A stretch of DNA of 64,000 nucleotides from Squalus acanthias (taxonomy: Eukaryota), in the NCBI GenBank assembly GCA_030390025.1, contig CM059432.1, positions 74,464,001 through 74,528,000 of the forward strand, in the 5' to 3' direction. This document shows, one piece after another, positions 60,309 to 64,000 of the stretch. The notes beneath the pieces were generated by a model. It was not told where the DNA came from and did not search any database. It saw nothing but the letters and a program-made list of their open reading frames with translations. The translations under genes and the position numbers were made by a program. Position 1 is the stretch's first letter, and each line of letters starts with the position of its first letter.

Positions 60309-62377
60309 CCCTATATGACCTTGTTTTATTTAATTAAATGTAATTAAATTTGTCATTAGGTAACTTAGTTTACAGTGTAGTTTCTTGACTACTTACTAGA
60401 TTAAGTTAAGGGTACTGAAATTATATATCTACCTGTAACACACAGCACTACAAGCAGTGTAGGCAAAAAGCAGCAACTCCTTCCCCCTCTTCTCCGAATT
60501 CCCACTCTTTCCAAATTCCCAAATAAAACACTCTGTTCAAGTCCACTCTGTTTAATCCTGTTCTGTGCAGACCGGGACTGAGGTACTAAAGCCAAACGTA
60601 GTGTCCTTACCACAACCCAACTGAGTTCAGTTAATTCATCATAGATCAAACTTGGTACTTTTCCTGGTTTGTATGTATGACTCAATTCCTCACTGCCTGA
60701 GAAATGTAAGTAATCAGTGAAACATACAATCTGTTTTTCACCATCTTATTATGACTTTCCTTTGTGTCGCAGAATGTATCTAATCTGGGTCCAGTTAGCC
60801 ATGAGCTTGGCTCCATGTTCAAGTCATTGACTACAATGGTGCTCAGTCATCCACTCTTCTATGCAGAGTTCAGGAATGTAAACAGTTAAAGTTCTTTTGA
60901 GTCTAGTGCGGGGGATTGAGAGTATAACCTCAAGTGCCACTGTTGATGTGTCACGTTCCTCTCGGGCTGACTTTGTGGAAAGAATGTTTTTAATATACTA
61001 TTTGTTCAGGAAGTCAATTACTATGCTTTTCTTCTCTTTGCTATAATGTGAACCAAAATTGATGTAATTTATTTTAAATTCTTGTCATTAAAGAACTTAA
61101 ATAAAGTATGATTTATCTTTTACCACTTACACCTCCAGGCATTGTGTAAATTCAGTGAAGGTAACCAGTTGCCATTTCATAATAAAAAGGTGGAGTGGTG
61201 AGAATTGCTAGGTAGCATACATCAGACAAATTCCTCCCCCTCCCCCACCTCTAATCCAGCACTTTCAATTTCTGGAATGTTTTGACACTTGCTGTGGATA
61301 TTATCCTTCGCTTCTGATTTTCTTAATTTATGGCTTGTTTGGTGCCAGTAAACTTAGTATAGAATGCTTATATATTACCGTGTTAAAAACGAAAACACGT
61401 TAATATTATTATTGCTATTTTCAATCAAGTATCAGTATAAGAATGTAAGGATTATTAAACCTACTTCTAATTTGATTTAGATAGCACATTTAAACAATAA
61501 AATGTAGATTAATTCTTCAGCTACTGGATTACATGTAGTAGTAACCCCTGATAAATGTGCAGTAACATTTCCTCACAGTAGCTGAATGCACTGTCCTTTG
61601 TAATATATTGCATAATTCAATGACACTAATCACCTTCTAACTATAATAATTACAGTCGGAGGACATTCATTATTTTCAATATTATTACAAGCATACAGAT
61701 GATACTGCAATATTAATTTTGAAACTAAATTATTTTTCAATTTTCTCCCCTTTTCAGCTTGTGGCTCTTGTTGGGATAGAGTTTCACAGGCTCTGGAAGT
61801 TGCCTGATACTTCATCCTAAATGCCTATTCTACATATGTGAGCATTTGTAGGCTATTCCATCATGAAGGTCATCATAGATGACCCCAATCTTGCCTTTCA
61901 TGTAATGTTCAGTTTCCTGCAGGGTTTGTGAGATAATAATTAGGAGCAGGAACTCTGGCTGATTTCCCCCCCCCCCCCCCTCTCTTCTTCCTGGCCCAGG
62001 GAAGCTGAGCCTAATTGTAGCACCCAAACTGCCATGCCAACCGAAAACAACAAACACAACACAGACTGGGAATTGGCCCTTTCAACTTCTGGTCTATTTT
62101 TGGCTTAGTGTTGCACTAGGCAGTGCCTTTGCCCAATAAGCCAAGATGTCTAGTTTTAAAACTTAAGTTACTCGTAGTTACCTACCAGTGCTAGCTTACA
62201 GTGTTGTTACAAATTAGGTGTGCCGTAGATACTTTCTCAGGTTCAGTGGCTCTCATAAACAGATCTGTAGTCCCTTACCTTCCAGAGTTGACTCATGCAG
62301 CTCAATGTCTACTTATACAACAGTGTAATCTGGGGTTGTAACAATTTGCTCTGCTTGACATACAAACTGGATATCAA

Positions 62378-62486
62378 GCGAGTGAATCTTCGCGGGGGTT
62401 CTTCCGAATGTTCATATAACTTTGGTAGAAGAGCTATGGAAAGTTACAATGGAAAAGCGGGAGAACTCATGGAAATTTACCCCCCC
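62378..62486. mobile_element. Small MITE
   Basis: GTGAATCTTCGCGGGGGTTCTTCCG .. CGGGAGAACTCATGGAAATTTACCCC fold-back. Confidence 0.5.
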
Positions 62487-62937
62487 ATGTCTTTTGCGCT
62501 TTCCCTCATGCGCTCTTCTTCAATATTTCAGTAGGGGGACTATTTATACTTTAGTGAGTTAAGACAACAACAAAATATTAATTTGTTTTATTCCTCGAAC
62601 AGTAAGTGAACATATAGAGCAATAGTTATGATCTGACTCACTTAATTCAAATCAGTACAACTTGTCTTTGCACAGTAACACAATATAATGAACATTACCC
62701 ATCCTCACATCAGTGGTACATCTTGTCTGGCTTAAACAAAGTAATTTCAAGTTACCCTCCTATGACCTTATCTTATGAATTTGGGCAAAAGCCTGCCCTA
62801 GCAATTTTCTGCTTAAAAACCACACTGTCAGAGTGTGTTTCTGTACTTATTTGATCTCCCTGTGTTTATAATCGGAGGAGGGTCTATGCCAGGCAATCCC
62901 TGCCAAGCACCTGGAACCAGGAATTTTCCAACACAAT

Positions 62938-64000
62938 GGCCGGAATTTTCACATTGGAGAGCGTGCGGGTTTGGGGGTGGGTTGGCAGTTAAAAGTGCAG
63001 AAATTGACAGCGCGTTGAGAACCCGCTGTCATCCCACCGACTTCCGCCTTTCACTGGGGCGCGTTTCGAGGTGTGCCACGGACCCGCTCGGGAGAGGTGG
63101 GCAACCACATTGAGGTTGTTAACTGCTCATTTACAGACTCTTAACTACCTTTTAAATGTCAGGTTTGAACTTTAACTGGTTGTGCATGGGATTCACGCAC
63201 CTCGGGAACCTCGCCTGTGAAGGGGAGGCAGAAGCTCAGTGGCCATTGTGCGAGTTCATTAAGTGACAGCTGGAAAAAAACACATAAACCATACACCTGC
63301 TTCCTTGCCTAAGGGAATGGCTGTTGCTGACACAATTTTGTGCAGAGATTTAGCTTTCAGGAGTTTGCAGGTGATTTCTGCAACCTCTGAAGCCACTCTC
63401 ACCACATTGCTAGTCACTCTCAGTACATTGAAGGATTGTGCCTCTGATCTCCACTTGACCTGGCATCTATTACATCAGCATGGGTGCCGCTTATGCTGTC
63501 TCACCTTGGACCTCAGAATCGGACCAAGATGAGCCCCAGCACCAACAACACCAGCCACACCAGCAGCAGCAGCCATAACAGCAGCCTTCTCCTCAAAGAC
63601 CTGATGCTGCAGAGGAGAGAGGGGGTCAGCACAAAGGTGCATCGTGCCGGAGGTGATACCCCCAACACAGGGTATACAGGCAGAGGATGAGCTTCCTGGA
63701 CATGACTGAGCAGCAGTGCTTCAGGAGGCTCACATTATTGCGCCAGGTCGTCGCAGATGTTTGTAGCTTGCTGGAACAAGACCTGCTGCCCAGAGGACCT
63801 GGTGGTCAAAGTCACCACCACCCTCAACTTCTTCGCCTCAGGCTCCTTCCAGGGATCTGCAGCAGACATTTGCAGGATCTCGCAGTCGGCCGCCCACAAG
63901 CATCACCCATGTTTTGACAAGTCAGCCAATTATGCCAACTTTGCCAATGATGAAGCCAGTTTTACTGAGTGGGCGCTCGGCTTTGCGGCTCTGGCTGGAT
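62938..64000. mobile_element. PIF/Harbinger transposon (family 1), runs off window
   Basis: TIR GGCCGGAATTTTCAC; inverted near-copy of 50020-51397. Confidence 0.92.
63480..64000 (+). pseudogene. Harbinger transposase N-terminal part
   Basis: [55 protein letters not shown]; in-frame TAA and TGA. Confidence 0.88.

Larger units (their letters stand above)
56506..60330 (-). mobile_element. CR1 LINE with ORF1 and ORF2, 3'-truncated
   Basis: ORF1 at 60308-59700; EN and RT frames at 59500-56508, interrupted by a MITE. Confidence 0.92.

Noticed and set aside
60773..60889. Terminal exon after acceptor TTTCCTTTGTGTCGCAG (likewise 61758-61820)
   Set aside because: Short open frames with no recognisable homology or partner exon; an acceptor-like sequence alone is insufficient.

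Overview
Eukaryotic, intron/intergenic-type DNA. It is most likely from a cartilaginous fish (shark), inferred from HE1-like and Deu-domain SINEs and dense CR1/L2 LINEs. No host gene could be identified with confidence; only weak candidate exons remain. Most of the window is nested transposable elements. These include several CR1 LINEs (one uninterrupted 934-codon EN-RT frame at 35531-38335 and one ORF1-bearing copy), L2 fragments, and Penelope-like elements (a GIY-YIG 3' fragment with a minimal hammerhead ribozyme, plus short pLTR insertions). There are also at least 15 PIF/Harbinger DNA transposons or MITEs, with convergent spliced Myb/SANT and DDE transposase genes and 3-bp TSDs. The most striking observation is a CR1-group LINE at 6716-9985. 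It begins with a tRNA-derived Pol III promoter and SINE body, has no ORF1, has no TTTT terminator on its ~3.3 kb sense strand, and has a matching body+tail SINE nearby. This suggests a Pol III-transcribed autonomous retrotransposon/SINE system. The Harbinger insertions also share a flank-encoded target preference (AY-NNN-R). All boundaries were read by eye; those marked approximate may be off by tens of bases.
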